DNA from: Candidatus Cloacimonadales bacterium
Lineage (GTDB): Bacteria; Cloacimonadota; Cloacimonadia; Cloacimonadales; WRIO01
Length of the DNA stretch: 64,000 bases
Assembly (NCBI GenBank): GCA_963678255.2
Contig: CAXXTW010000002.1
Location: 990,260-1,054,259, forward strand
Direction: 5' to 3'
This document shows, piece after piece, positions 9,116 through 19,489 of the stretch. The notes under the pieces are model-generated. The model did no database searches. It worked only from the letters and a program-made list of their open reading frames with translations, and was not told the origin of the DNA. Positions within the stretch are counted from its first letter, which is position 1, and the number at the start of each line of letters is the position of its first letter. The translations under genes were made by a program, and so were the position numbers.

Positions 9116-10406
9116 TCTTAATAAATACATTGAAATAATTGAAAAGACTAATTCCATAAAACAAAATGGAACGGTTTCTCAAATTATCGGATTAATCGTT
9201 GAATCTATAGGACCCTCTGCTTCTATTGGAGATATTTGCTATATTCATACCAATGATGATATAGTTCACATGGCAGAGGTTGTGGGTTTTAAAAACGAAA
9301 AGACTTTATTAATGCCACTAAAAGAATTATACGGTATTGCTCCAGGCAACAGAGTATCTACTTTCAGAGAGCCGTTTTCTGTCGGTTTGGGAGATGAATT
9401 AATGGGTCGAGTCTTAGATGGGCTTGGCAATCCTATTGATAACAAAACTCCATTAAAACTGAGAGAAAAAAGATCTGTTTATGCCCAACCACCAAACCCT
9501 CTGACACGTCAACGAATTCTTGAACCCCTTCAATTAGGAGTTAGAGCAATAGATGGTCTACTGACTTGCGGGAAAGGACAAAGAACTGGTATTTTTGCTG
9601 GTAGCGGGGTTGGAAAAAGTGTTTTACTAGGAATGATGGCCAGAAATACTAAAGCAGATGTTAATGTCATTGCTTTGATAGGAGAACGTGGCCGCGAAGT
9701 AAGAGATTTTTTAGAAAACGATTTAGGCGAAGAGGGCTTAAAACATTCTGTTGTTATTGTAGCTACTTCAGATCAAGCAGCACTAACCAGAATTAAAGGG
9801 GCCCTAGTTGCAACAACTATTGCAGAATATTTTCGAGATAAAGGCTTAAACGTTTTGCTTATGATGGATTCAGTTACCAGATTTTGTATGGCTCTCAGAG
9901 AAATTGGTTTAGCTGTAGGTGAACCTCCAACAACAAAAGGATATACGCCTTCTGTTTTTGCAACTCTACCAAAACTTCTAGAAAGAGCAGGAACCGCAGA
10001 AAAGGGTACAATTACTGGTTTATACACAGTGTTAGTTGAAGGGGATGATATGGATGAACCAATTGCTGATGCTGCTCGTTCCATTTTAGATGGGCATATT
10101 GTTCTTTCCAGAAGAATTGCGGCAAAAGGACATTATCCTGCAATAGACATTTTAAGCAGCATTAGTCGAGTAATGAACTCAGTTTCATCAAGTGAGCACA
10201 AATTAAATGCTAGAAAAGCTTTTGAGATATTAGCGACTTATAGAGATTCTGAAGACATGATCAATATTGGAGCTTATGCAAAAGGTTCTAACCAAAAAAT
10301 TGATTTTGCTATTGAAAAAATTAATGTGGTTAATCAATTTTTAATACAAGATATTGAAGAAAAATCAAGTTTTGAAGAAACATTGTCCAGACTAGCTTCT
10401 ATTTGA
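9099..10406 (+). CDS. fliI: Flagellum-specific ATP synthase FliI
   Basis: Walker A GSGVGKS, Walker B LLMMDSVTR, plus GERGREV and YPAIDIL.SISR. Confidence 0.95.
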   Translation: MLKQINLNKYIEIIEKTNSIKQNGTVSQIIGLIVESIGPSASIGDICYIHTNDDIVHMAEVVGFKNEKTLLMPLKELYGIAPGNRVSTFREPFSVGLGDELMGRVLDGLGNPIDNKTPLKLREKRSVYAQPPNPLTRQRILEPLQLGVRAIDGLLTCGKGQRTGIFAGSGVGKSVLLGMMARNTKADVNVIALIGERGREVRDFLENDLGEEGLKHSVVIVATSDQAALTRIKGALVATTIAEYFRDKGLNVLLMMDSVTRFCMALREIGLAVGEPPTTKGYTPSVFATLPKLLERAGTAEKGTITGLYTVLVEGDDMDEPIADAARSILDGHIVLSRRIAAKGHYPAIDILSSISRVMNSVSSSEHKLNARKAFEILATYRDSEDMINIGAYAKGSNQKIDFAIEKINVVNQFLIQDIEEKSSFEETLSRLASI

Positions 10407-10754
10407 CATTTATGAATCATGATTTTTATTTATTCGTAATTAATTGAATCAACAAATATCCATTCCTCAAGAAACTAAATTAGGCTAACATTAAAACAAT
10501 TTTTCATAAAAAATACTATTCTTTTCTTTATTTATCGAATTCTTCTATACTATATTATTAATTATTTTTATGAAATTTGAAAAAACTTATATTATTATCT
10601 TTTAATTAGTTAGTATTAAAATGGACCTTAAAGATTTTTTGCGTTTATTATTTTTAAAAGTTGTAATAGAATTTTTATTGACACAAACTAAAATATATTA
10701 CATTCTTGTTTCAGAAAAGTGAATATGTATAGTATAGAGATTTCAGGAGGATCT

Positions 10755-11543
10755 ATGTTAAAAAAAATATTTTTATTAAGTATTGTAATTGCATTGTTAG
10801 TAGGTTGTTCAAAAAAGCAACCAGAACCACAACAAAATGCAGTTGCAAAAATTGAAACAAGAAATTTTACTCTTCCCTCTTTTGCGGATTTGTTTAACTC
10901 TTTGGATTACCTTCAAAAACCAGATTTTGATAAAGCGCTTGCAAAAGAATATAAAAGTAATCCCAATGATGTCTTTATTGCTTCTTTTGATTTAGGTAAA
11001 TTAACTGCTGATGCCATCATTGCTACGAAATCCAGAAACAAAACCAAATTGTCTGAAATTGCAAATGCCATGATTGAGAATTCTAAACTTATTGGTGTTA
11101 AAGAAGATGTTTTAAAACTTGCTGATGAATTAATAACATTGATACAAACTGATAAATGGGAGGATCTACAATCTGCTTTAGACAAATATAAAAATCAGGT
11201 AGAAAACTCTTTGTATGAAACTCAACAGTTTGATCTTTTAACTCTTGTACAAACTGGAGGATGGACTCAGGGTTTAAATAGATTATCATTCCTTATAAGT
11301 GCAAATTATAAAGAAGATAAAACTCAGGTTTTGAATCAAAAAGGTATTTTGGTTAATGTAGTTACTAATTTTAGTAAAATTGAAAATACAGAAATTATCA
11401 ACAAACCTTGGTTTAAAACAATACAGAATAATTATTCTGAAATTCAGAAAATAATAAAACCAATTGAAAAACAAACTTTTTCTTCTGATGACATCAATAA
11501 ACTTATTAAGTTATCACAGTCCATCATTGAATCAGTAAAATAA
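10755..11543 (+). CDS. Hypothetical lipoprotein. Start moved to the ATG at 10755, after an AGGAGG RBS.
   Basis: Lipobox signal peptide MLKKIFLLSIVIALLVGCS. No other recognisable motif. Confidence 0.55.
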   Translation: MLKKIFLLSIVIALLVGCSKKQPEPQQNAVAKIETRNFTLPSFADLFNSLDYLQKPDFDKALAKEYKSNPNDVFIASFDLGKLTADAIIATKSRNKTKLSEIANAMIENSKLIGVKEDVLKLADELITLIQTDKWEDLQSALDKYKNQVENSLYETQQFDLLTLVQTGGWTQGLNRLSFLISANYKEDKTQVLNQKGILVNVVTNFSKIENTEIINKPWFKTIQNNYSEIQKIIKPIEKQTFSSDDINKLIKLSQSIIESVK

Positions 11544-11554
11544 CAGTTTTCTTT

Positions 11555-11588
11555 TAAAAAAGGCACAGAATTCTGTGCCTTTTTTTTT
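11555..11588. terminator. Bidirectional rho-independent terminator between convergent genes
   Basis: Perfect 20-nt palindrome AGGCACAGAATTCTGTGCCT, flanked by an A-run on the left and a T-run on the right. Confidence 0.8.
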
Positions 11589-11961
11589 AACTTTCCATAG
11601 CTATTAGCGAAATTTCAATATCTCCATTTTTTGGTAAACCTGAAACTTCTATGACTTCTCTCGCAGGATAAGGTTCACAAAAATACCGCTTATATATGTC
11701 ATTTAATATTGCAAAGTTACTCATATCCTTAATAAAGACTGACACTTTTACTACATGAGAAAAAGTCATATTTGAAGCAGTTAATATGTTTTTAAGATTA
11801 TTAAAAACCAATAATGCTTGATCTTCAAAAGAAGAAACTAATTCTCCACTAATTGGGTCAAGTCCTAATTGACCTGAAATAAATAATGTCCCTTTTTTAA
11901 AGGCTGCTTGTGAATAAGGACCTATTGCCTGAGGGGCATTTGGGGTTGAAATTGATTTCAT
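11587..11961 (-). CDS. ridA: RidA/YjgF family reactive intermediate deaminase
   Basis: 124 aa. AIGPYSQA, FISGQLGLDP and the C-terminal PARE.IEVS.LPK...EI motif. Confidence 0.9.
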   Translation of the reverse strand: MKSISTPNAPQAIGPYSQAAFKKGTLFISGQLGLDPISGELVSSFEDQALLVFNNLKNILTASNMTFSHVVKVSVFIKDMSNFAILNDIYKRYFCEPYPAREVIEVSGLPKNGDIEISLIAMES

Positions 11962-11978
11962 TTTTTTTCTCCAATTCT

Positions 11979-13250
11979 TTATATATTTCCAATTGCTTTT
12001 TTTAACCGAATCAGATATTCTGATACATGGCCAATAGATATAACTTCTTGATAGTCTTTTATAAAATTTTTAATACTCACTTTTCCATCTCGTATCATTT
12101 CTTCTGTAATAAATATTACAACTTGTGATTCTGAATTATCTAATTTATGATTAATTTTCTTATAATCTTCATCAAAATCAATTATTTCTGTATGAATATT
12201 ATGCTCATGTAATTCTTGAATAATCTGTAAGACCACTAGTTCTAAGTTTTTGGCCATGGGAGTGATTGTAACCCGAAAAGGTAATTCTTTTATGCTAATT
12301 AATCTTAAATCGCTCAATAATTGAATAATGTTGTCCATATTAGCGGAAAATCCAATAGCTGGCATATCTTTACCAATAATCGATTTTGAGAGTAAATCAT
12401 ACCTCCCTCCATTTCCCAATATCACTTTTTTATTATCAATTTCGTAAATAAAATTAAAAACTGTTTGATTATAATAATTGAATGATGATGGCATATAAGG
12501 ATTTACTGAATAAATTATACCTAAATTTGAAAGCATCCTTTGAATATTTTTAAAACTCTTGCTACAATCTGGACAAAGAAGTTCTATAACATTCGGTGAC
12601 TTTTCTGAAAGCTTTTGACAATTTGTATTAATACATTGAAGAATTTGTAATGGATTAATTTGGGTTTGATATTGACACTCGGGACACAAGTGATCTTGTT
12701 CTTCCTGGACAAAATTCTTCATTTCCTGAATATATCTAGGTCGGCAAACTTCACAACCAAAACTACTTAATTCAATTTTAACCTGATGAAGGCCTAAACG
12801 ATGAAACATTTTTTGACCTAGTAATAAGATTTCATTATCAGCCAAATGGGTTACATTTCCAATTAACTCAACACCTAATTGATGAAACTGCACAAGTTGA
12901 GCATTATTCTTCCTTCTGAACATTGGGCCAATATAATATAAACGTTGTGGCATTTCTTGAGAATCAGATTTTATAAAATTTTGTAATACAGTAATCGTAC
13001 CTTCAGGTCTCAGACTTAGGTTCTGCTGTTCGTTCAAGCTAAACAGAAATTGTTTAGAATAATCAAAATGCTCATTAAAAAAGGAGAGATAGGATTTAAA
13101 CAAATCTTGTGATTGTACTATTGATGTTCTGATTTCTTTATAATTATTTAACTCCATTGTTTCATGTATTGTCTTTTCAACAGCTGTCCATTTCCACACT
13201 TCAGTTGGTAGAATATCCTGTTGAGTGTTCTTTGAAATATCAAAATGCAT
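11979..13250 (-). CDS. hisS: Histidine--tRNA ligase
   Basis: LRPEGT, YIGPMFRR...QFHQLGVELIG, GNGGRYDLL, a Cys-rich insertion with NPLQILQC, and a C-terminal anticodon-binding-like domain. The motif-2 loop looks atypical. Confidence 0.75.
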   Translation of the reverse strand: MHFDISKNTQQDILPTEVWKWTAVEKTIHETMELNNYKEIRTSIVQSQDLFKSYLSFFNEHFDYSKQFLFSLNEQQNLSLRPEGTITVLQNFIKSDSQEMPQRLYYIGPMFRRKNNAQLVQFHQLGVELIGNVTHLADNEILLLGQKMFHRLGLHQVKIELSSFGCEVCRPRYIQEMKNFVQEEQDHLCPECQYQTQINPLQILQCINTNCQKLSEKSPNVIELLCPDCSKSFKNIQRMLSNLGIIYSVNPYMPSSFNYYNQTVFNFIYEIDNKKVILGNGGRYDLLSKSIIGKDMPAIGFSANMDNIIQLLSDLRLISIKELPFRVTITPMAKNLELVVLQIIQELHEHNIHTEIIDFDEDYKKINHKLDNSESQVVIFITEEMIRDGKVSIKNFIKDYQEVISIGHVSEYLIRLKKAIGNI

Positions 13251-13644
13251 GTTGTTTTCTCCAGAAAGTGTAATAAGAATAATACAAAAGCATAAATACT
13301 AATATTCCGAGTATGTCAGCGATAATATCGTAAATTGAACAACTACGACCAGGAATAAATAATTGATGCAATTCATCTAATATTGGCATTATTATTAATA
13401 TTTTTGATAAATTAATAATATTTTTCTTAAAAGAGTTTCCCTTTTCTATTTGGTAATTAACAAACAAGAAAGAAAGTATAAAATACTCAGAAAAATGAAC
13501 AAATTTATCAAAGAAGATAATCCTGATTTCAGGAATATTTTTAGAAGGAATAGAAGTAATTACCAACATAAATGTTATCCACATTACTAATAAAAGCTTA
13601 TTATTTATTATTTTTAACCTCAAAACTTCTCCTTTAATTACCAA
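13240..13644 (-). CDS. VanZ-like family membrane protein
   Basis: 134 aa with four hydrophobic segments. FDKFVHFSEYFILSFL and DIIADILG are VanZ-like. Confidence 0.55.
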   Translation of the reverse strand: MVIKGEVLRLKIINNKLLLVMWITFMLVITSIPSKNIPEIRIIFFDKFVHFSEYFILSFLFVNYQIEKGNSFKKNIINLSKILIIMPILDELHQLFIPGRSCSIYDIIADILGILVFMLLYYSYYTFWRKQHAF

Positions 13645-13670
13645 TTATATATATCGTTATGACAATTAAT

Positions 13671-14399
13671 CTATTTTTCATAATCTGTCAATACCCATGT
13701 AACAGAAAATGGAAAAGTGACATATTCTGCTTTTATAGGAATCTGTTTATCATCATCTGTAAACCAAAAAAATAAAACATTCTTTTCATTTACTAAATTA
13801 TTCGTTAGTAAATCACTCTTCTTCTTCTTTTTATGGTCTATTCTTATAAATTTAATCTGAACTTTTGCAGTTTTTATCTTTCCAAATATAGAAGAATTTT
13901 CTTCTATTCCTATTTTATGATATTGTGCTTTCCAGAGAATTTGATTTGAGTCTATAGAAATATTACCTTTATTGTTTAAATCAGTTTTTCTTAAATAAGA
14001 TAATGCTGAAAAAAAATCTCTAGTTTCATTTTCTATTAGAAACTGATTACTATACTGAGTTAATGAATCAAAATAAACAGCATTTTTATCTGATCTATGA
14101 TATTTAGTGACTGAATTTTCTTTATACTTATCCTGATTAATTATTTTTTTATAAACACTTGGCAAACAATTATCTTCAAATTCAATTTGATAATGATTGT
14201 CTAATTTGTCTGCCAAAAATTTAGTTATCCCTGATGATGTAGCTTCTACCTGTAGTGAATGATTATTATATAAAAATTGAACATTTGCTACTGAAATTCC
14301 CAAGTATTGGATTGAAAATTTAAGCTTTTCTCCATAAAGATGAAAAATCATGAATAATAATACTATAAGAATTTTATATTTCTTCATTACCTTCAGCAT
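13671..14399 (-). CDS. Hypothetical secreted protein, possibly DUF3108-like
   Basis: N-terminal signal peptide and a beta-rich sequence. The family assignment is tentative. Confidence 0.4.
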   Translation of the reverse strand: MLKVMKKYKILIVLLFMIFHLYGEKLKFSIQYLGISVANVQFLYNNHSLQVEATSSGITKFLADKLDNHYQIEFEDNCLPSVYKKIINQDKYKENSVTKYHRSDKNAVYFDSLTQYSNQFLIENETRDFFSALSYLRKTDLNNKGNISIDSNQILWKAQYHKIGIEENSSIFGKIKTAKVQIKFIRIDHKKKKKSDLLTNNLVNEKNVLFFWFTDDDKQIPIKAEYVTFPFSVTWVLTDYEK

Positions 14400-15654
14400 T
14401 CAATAAATGTAATTTTACATAATTAATTCTTTGTCTTTTGATTTGGGTAACAGTAAAAACAGCTTTATCGACTAATGTGTACGATTCGTTTTTTTGAGGC
14501 ATATGATTTATCATATCAAAAATAAATGCTGCTAAATTTTCATATTCATCTTCTATTTGTAAATCAAATTGATGATTTAAATCTGAAATATTATACATCC
14601 CACTCACAATATAATCAGTATCGTTGATTTTTGTAATCAAAGGCATCTCTTCATCATACTCATCCATGATCTCTCCAACTAATTGTTCCAAAATATCTTC
14701 CAGTGTGACTAACCCTGCGGTTCCACCATATTCATCTACTACAATGGCTATTTGTATTTTCTTGGTTTTAAACTGGTTTAACAAATTTTGGATCTTCATG
14801 TTCTCCGTTACATAAAATGGTTTTCTCATAAGAGTATTTAATTGTTTCTTCTCTGGATAAATTATAAGATCTTTTGCATATAAAACACCAATTATATCAT
14901 CAATGGATTTTTGATAAACAGGAATCCTACTATAGCCAGAATCTATGATTTTAGTTCGTGTATTTTCTATACTTTCAACTACATCAACACCAACGATATC
15001 TACTCGAGGGACGATGATCTCTTTTACTTCCGTTGTTGAAAACTTAAAAATACTATCAATAATCCTTTTCTCATTTTCTTCTAGTGGATGATTATTTGAT
15101 TTAGATTTTATAAAATTGTGAAAATCTTCTGATGTTAAAGTTGAACTTGAAGATGAATCTACATCATTCTTTTTTGTTATTAAAGAAACCAGTTTTTCTA
15201 ATAAATAGATAACTGGGAAAAAAATAATTTTTAGTATTTCTATTGGCAAACTAAAAAATGATGCAAATTTTATTGGTCTTGAAAAAGCAATAATTTTTGG
15301 TGTTATCTCCCCTAAAAACAATAATAAAATAGTCATTATTATAATTTCAAAAGTGATAATAAATGGCTTGTAAGATTGATTTTGAATTACTTTATCAGCA
15401 AAATCTATTGCAATTAAAGTAGCTAAAGATGTTGCTAGAATGTTTACTATTGTGTTACCTAATAATATGGTAATTAAAAGTTGTCTGGTTTTGTTTAATA
15501 ATCTAAATATCCTTTTTGAGGATGAAGTGTTTATTTTTTCCAGTTTTTTTAAGTGAATTTTTGATAATGAAAAAAAAGCTGTTTCACTTCCTGAAAAAAA
15601 TGCTGATAATAATAATAAGACAAATATGATTACGTAATAATAACTGTCATCCAC
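14374..15654 (-). CDS. CNNM/TlyC-family transporter-associated protein (DUF21-CBS pair-CorC_HlyC)
   Basis: N-terminal SGSETAFFSL, four TM segments, CBS region (IPVYQKSIDDIIGVLYAKDL), C-terminal CorC domain. Conserved neighbourhood with ybeY. Confidence 0.85.
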   Translation of the reverse strand: MDDSYYYVIIFVLLLLSAFFSGSETAFFSLSKIHLKKLEKINTSSSKRIFRLLNKTRQLLITILLGNTIVNILATSLATLIAIDFADKVIQNQSYKPFIITFEIIIMTILLLFLGEITPKIIAFSRPIKFASFFSLPIEILKIIFFPVIYLLEKLVSLITKKNDVDSSSSSTLTSEDFHNFIKSKSNNHPLEENEKRIIDSIFKFSTTEVKEIIVPRVDIVGVDVVESIENTRTKIIDSGYSRIPVYQKSIDDIIGVLYAKDLIIYPEKKQLNTLMRKPFYVTENMKIQNLLNQFKTKKIQIAIVVDEYGGTAGLVTLEDILEQLVGEIMDEYDEEMPLITKINDTDYIVSGMYNISDLNHQFDLQIEDEYENLAAFIFDMINHMPQKNESYTLVDKAVFTVTQIKRQRINYVKLHLLNAEGNEEI

Positions 15655-16099
15655 GATAGTTTTTACACTCCCTTTGTATCTGTATTTTTTTTAATTCTGA
15701 TTGAATGGATACTTCTATCTCTTTCATTTTCCTCTTTTCTATATCATTTAAATGATCATACCCTTTAAGATGTAGTAAACCATGGATAATCAATTCGCTG
15801 AATTCTTCCATCAATGACTTACTTCCTTTTTGCATATCTGCCACTCTCATGTCAATTAAAATATCTCCTAAAAATGGAATGCCTGCAAATTCTGAAGGAA
15901 AAGAAAGAACATCTGTTTCTTGATTCTTTCCTCTGTAACGCTGATTATACGATGATATTAATCCGCTATCATCGAGTTTTATACAAAATTGAGCATCTTC
16001 TGAAAACAAAGAAAAATGATCAAATACTCTGATAATGTCATCTATAACGGTTTCATTTATTGTATAATGACTTTCATTGATGAGTTCATAATGCGTCAT
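15647..16099 (-). CDS. ybeY: rRNA maturation endoribonuclease YbeY
   Basis: Zinc motif HGLLHLKGYDH. 150 aa. Confidence 0.9.
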   Translation of the reverse strand: MTHYELINESHYTINETVIDDIIRVFDHFSLFSEDAQFCIKLDDSGLISSYNQRYRGKNQETDVLSFPSEFAGIPFLGDILIDMRVADMQKGSKSLMEEFSELIIHGLLHLKGYDHLNDIEKRKMKEIEVSIQSELKKIQIQRECKNYRG

Positions 16100-18201
16100 T
16101 TTTTATCCTCTGGATATTCAATTCTCTTCCTATAAACGCTTTCCAAAATTGGTATCATTGTCGACTTTACAATATTTAAATCTCGCATAGTGATCGGAGC
16201 ATCATCTAACTGATGATCTTCTAATAATTTCAAAATTGTGTCATTAACTATTTTATTAATAGTTACTGAATTATATTCTTTCAAAGATTTTGCTGTTGAT
16301 TCTACAATATCAGCAATCATCACCAATACTGCTTCTTTTGTCTGAGGTCGAGGCCCTGTGTACATAAAAGAATTTTCATCAATTATTAATCCCTGTTCAA
16401 GTGCTTTATGTAAAAAAAACCTAATCTTACTGTCTCCATGATGCTGTATGATTATATCCTGTATTACTTTGGGAAGTTTGTGCTGTTTTGCTAATTGAAT
16501 TCCATTTAAGACATGGTCACGAATTCTTGTTGAACTTTCTGTTGGTGCTAAATTTTTATGTATATTTACAGAATCAACATTATTTTCTATAAATATACTA
16601 GGTTCTGTTAATTTCCCAATATCATGATAATAACTCCCTACTCTTGCGATAAGTGGATTAGCTCCAATTGCTTCTGCTGTTGCTTCTGCTAAATTTCCTA
16701 CAACCAGCGAATGATAATAGGTTCCTGGGGCTTCTTTTGCCAGTTGCTTTAATAATGGCTTATTGAAATCTAATAATTCCAACAAGGTCTGTTTACTAGA
16801 AAAGTTTAACTTACGATCTATAAAAGGAGCAAAAAGTATTGAGCCTATAATTGATAATATTATTGATACCGTGCCAAAAAACAAATTCTTACTGAATAGA
16901 GGTAACCCCTCATTCCGATACAAAGTCATGGCTATTAAACTTGTGGTAAACCCTAATAACATATAAATAAAAATAATAAAATAATTGACCTGATTGCTCC
17001 TTTTGATTGCTAATATTCCAAATACTGAAGCAAAGAATAAATTTATTAAATAATACATATTCCAGTTTAAAAACTGCCCTACTAGAAATATATCCATCAC
17101 TGCAAAAAGTAAGCCATAATTCCCTGCATATATTAAAGAAACTACTAAGATGATTAAGGGAAAGGGTATCACGGATATGACTTTTGTATCAAAACTATAA
17201 AAAACTACAACAGATATTATTACAGAAAAAACAAAGCAGGATAAAGAAAATAAAAAATAATTTAATGCTTCAAATTGCTTACTAAAAAATATCATAGAAA
17301 ATGTATAAAATACGCTTAAAAGCAATAAACAAAAAAGAAACTGCCCTAAAGAAGATAAAATCAAAGTGGGATAATCTCTCTGTAAATTCTTTTCCTTGTA
17401 TGCTTTTACCAAAGATTCTATTTTTATAATATCTGTATTAGTGATCCTATGATTCTTAACCACTATATATTCGTTCTTTTCTACTTTGCCTAACACTGGG
17501 TCTATACTTTTCCGTATATCATTCTTTTCTTTTTCTGTCGAAACCTGATCTAACTCTAAATTCGCTTCTAATATCGAATTTAATAAATCATCCGCAACAT
17601 TCTTCAGAGTTGAAACATCAATACTTCGCAGTATTCTTCTCTTTGCCTCATCTACAGATAATAAATCTGTCTTTTTATACACTTTTATCTGATTTTTGTC
17701 ATTAATTCTTATTTCGGGATAAGTTAATCGTTCATCATATATCCCATATCTCATGATCAAAGAAATCTGTTCAGTAAATAAACTATAGACAAATAATCTA
17801 TTTTTCTGATTTTTTAAATAGTTTAATGTATTTTGATTAAGATCAAATCCATTTTTTGATAATCTGTTTTTAAAATTTAGAGTATCACTTGATTCAAAAG
17901 CGTTATTAAATTCTAAAAATAAATAATCAATTTTTTTCTGTAAATTAAACTTAACGTCCTCAGATATTTTGAAAATTGGGAGTAAAATATTTAATCTTTC
18001 ATTGACTTCATGATTTAGTATTGGTTCTGGTTTAAAAATTGTATATGAAAAAGGGGCTTTTATGGCTTCCTGTGTGATTTGACCAATCTGATATTGATAC
18101 ATAGGAATTGAATTGTTATAAAAACTCAAATAAAAGTAAATTAGAGCTAGTATTAAAGAAGCTCCGCAAATATAATAAAAATATAATTTTCTAATTTTCA
18201 T
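16096..18201 (-). CDS. 7TM-receptor HD-domain phosphohydrolase (PgpH/YqfF-like)
   Basis: Extracellular N-terminal domain, about 7 TM helices, then an HD domain (GTYYHSLVVGNLAE, YYHDIGK, QHHG). Lies upstream of ybeY, as in many bacteria. Confidence 0.8.
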   Translation of the reverse strand: MKIRKLYFYYICGASLILALIYFYLSFYNNSIPMYQYQIGQITQEAIKAPFSYTIFKPEPILNHEVNERLNILLPIFKISEDVKFNLQKKIDYLFLEFNNAFESSDTLNFKNRLSKNGFDLNQNTLNYLKNQKNRLFVYSLFTEQISLIMRYGIYDERLTYPEIRINDKNQIKVYKKTDLLSVDEAKRRILRSIDVSTLKNVADDLLNSILEANLELDQVSTEKEKNDIRKSIDPVLGKVEKNEYIVVKNHRITNTDIIKIESLVKAYKEKNLQRDYPTLILSSLGQFLFCLLLLSVFYTFSMIFFSKQFEALNYFLFSLSCFVFSVIISVVVFYSFDTKVISVIPFPLIILVVSLIYAGNYGLLFAVMDIFLVGQFLNWNMYYLINLFFASVFGILAIKRSNQVNYFIIFIYMLLGFTTSLIAMTLYRNEGLPLFSKNLFFGTVSIILSIIGSILFAPFIDRKLNFSSKQTLLELLDFNKPLLKQLAKEAPGTYYHSLVVGNLAEATAEAIGANPLIARVGSYYHDIGKLTEPSIFIENNVDSVNIHKNLAPTESSTRIRDHVLNGIQLAKQHKLPKVIQDIIIQHHGDSKIRFFLHKALEQGLIIDENSFMYTGPRPQTKEAVLVMIADIVESTAKSLKEYNSVTINKIVNDTILKLLEDHQLDDAPITMRDLNIVKSTMIPILESVYRKRIEYPEDKK

Positions 18202-18202
18202 A

Positions 18203-18232
18203 CAAAAAATAGCCTCCCATTAGGAGGCTATT
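18203..18232 (-). terminator. Rho-independent terminator after the LysM gene
   Basis: Minus strand reads AATAGCCTCC-taatg-GGAGGCTATT followed by TTTTTG. Confidence 0.65.
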
Positions 18233-18243
18233 CTGTCAAGTAA

Positions 18244-19134
18244 TTAATCTCTAGGTATCGAGAATATTTGTTCTGGATATATCAAATTTGGATCCTTAAT
18301 CTGATCTTTGTTTGCTCTGTATATATGAGTCCATTTTGAACCCTTTCCATAAACCTCAGGATATGCTGAAATCTTCCATAAACTTTCACCACTATAGACT
18401 TTCCAACTTCCAGGTAAACCACGAGGAATCTTCAAATCCATTCCGTCTGAAATAACGTTAGGATCTTTGATCTGATCACGATTTGCTCTATAGATAATTC
18501 CCCACTTATTGGAATCACCATAAATAAATGAATAAGCTGAAATCTTAGATAAATAATCACCTTTCTTAACCTGATAATTATCTTCATAATAGGCAGGTTT
18601 ATCACTAGAGGATATCTTGTTCATAGATTCTTTTATTGCATTGTATCTTCTGTGAATATCTGAAAAATCTCTTTTAAATTCTGGTAACTGAGCTAATCGA
18701 TTCTTGCCTTCATTGTTAATGGTCTCATTTAATTCGATAAATTCTTTTTGTTTCTCCCAAAATTGTGAATCACTCATCTTCTCCCAGTTAGTCAAATCGT
18801 TTTTGATATTTGTAATTCTGGTTCTAAAGTCTGCTATGTTTTTTTCGGAGATTCCAAGTTTTTCAGTTAATGCTGTAATCTCCTGATTGACTGATTCAAT
18901 CCTACTTTGTAACACAGCAATCTCTTTATCAAGATTTCCCTGATTTTCGATTGCTGAAGTTTTTCTGCCTTGTAATGCTATCATCTCTGCATTTAAATCA
19001 TTGCAATACTGTTCTCTTTCGCTAGAACTGAGTTTCTTGTATTCCCCATCTGTCAAATATGTAACTCGAGCAGATAAAAGAATTGGAATAAGCAAGAGGC
19101 TCATGATCATTATTATAATTGAAAATTTTCGCAT
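18244..19134 (-). CDS. Coiled-coil protein with two C-terminal LysM domains
   Basis: Signal peptide. Two LysM repeats: YQVKKGDYLSKISA...IYRANRDQIKDPNVI and YSGESLWKISA...IYRANKDQIKDPNLI. Confidence 0.8.
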   Translation of the reverse strand: MRKFSIIIMIMSLLLIPILLSARVTYLTDGEYKKLSSSEREQYCNDLNAEMIALQGRKTSAIENQGNLDKEIAVLQSRIESVNQEITALTEKLGISEKNIADFRTRITNIKNDLTNWEKMSDSQFWEKQKEFIELNETINNEGKNRLAQLPEFKRDFSDIHRRYNAIKESMNKISSSDKPAYYEDNYQVKKGDYLSKISAYSFIYGDSNKWGIIYRANRDQIKDPNVISDGMDLKIPRGLPGSWKVYSGESLWKISAYPEVYGKGSKWTHIYRANKDQIKDPNLIYPEQIFSIPRD

Positions 19135-19143
19135 TTTTTCTCC

Positions 19144-19389
19144 TTACTGCTTCTGTGAATCGTCGATTTCCTTTAATGATTTTAATTTGTCTTCTCTTTC
19201 TTTAAGTTGCTTCTCCAAAAGAGCTTTCTGCTTTTGTTTTACCATCACCTGCTCTTCTGCCTGAAGTGTCTCACTTTCTGCAATAGAAAGTTGATCTTTA
19301 CTTACTGGTGGAGGAGGAGGTGTACAGGCAGTTAACATAATCGCAGAAATTATTATAAATGCCAAACTTACTTTGATAATTGCCTTCAT
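19144..19389 (-). CDS. Small coiled-coil lipoprotein
   Basis: Lipobox LTAC followed by a PPPPP linker and a charged helical region. Confidence 0.5.
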   Translation of the reverse strand: MKAIIKVSLAFIIISAIMLTACTPPPPPVSKDQLSIAESETLQAEEQVMVKQKQKALLEKQLKEREDKLKSLKEIDDSQKQ

Positions 19390-19489
19390 TTTTTTCTCCT
19401 TTTCTTAGATAAACCCAATTTTAACCAATCAACAATATGCTGTCAATATAAATCTTCTAAATAATATAACTAAAAATCATCTATTCGTC

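Noticed and set aside
9773-10084. 103-aa minus-strand ORF inside fliI, and similar antisense ORFs at 935-1198, 5129-5425, 10913-11474, 49595-49795 and 57388-57886
   Set aside because: All are embedded antisense or out of frame within well-supported genes. They lack RBSs and have low-complexity translations.
11979-13250. HisZ (ATP-PRT regulatory subunit) rather than HisS, because the motif-2 loop (FRRKNNAQLVQFHQ) lacks the usual ERPQ.GR segment
   Set aside because: The protein keeps LRPEGT, GGRYD, the Cys-rich insertion with NPL.IL.C, and a C-terminal anticodon-binding-like domain, which HisZ lacks. I kept it as hisS and note the atypical loop.
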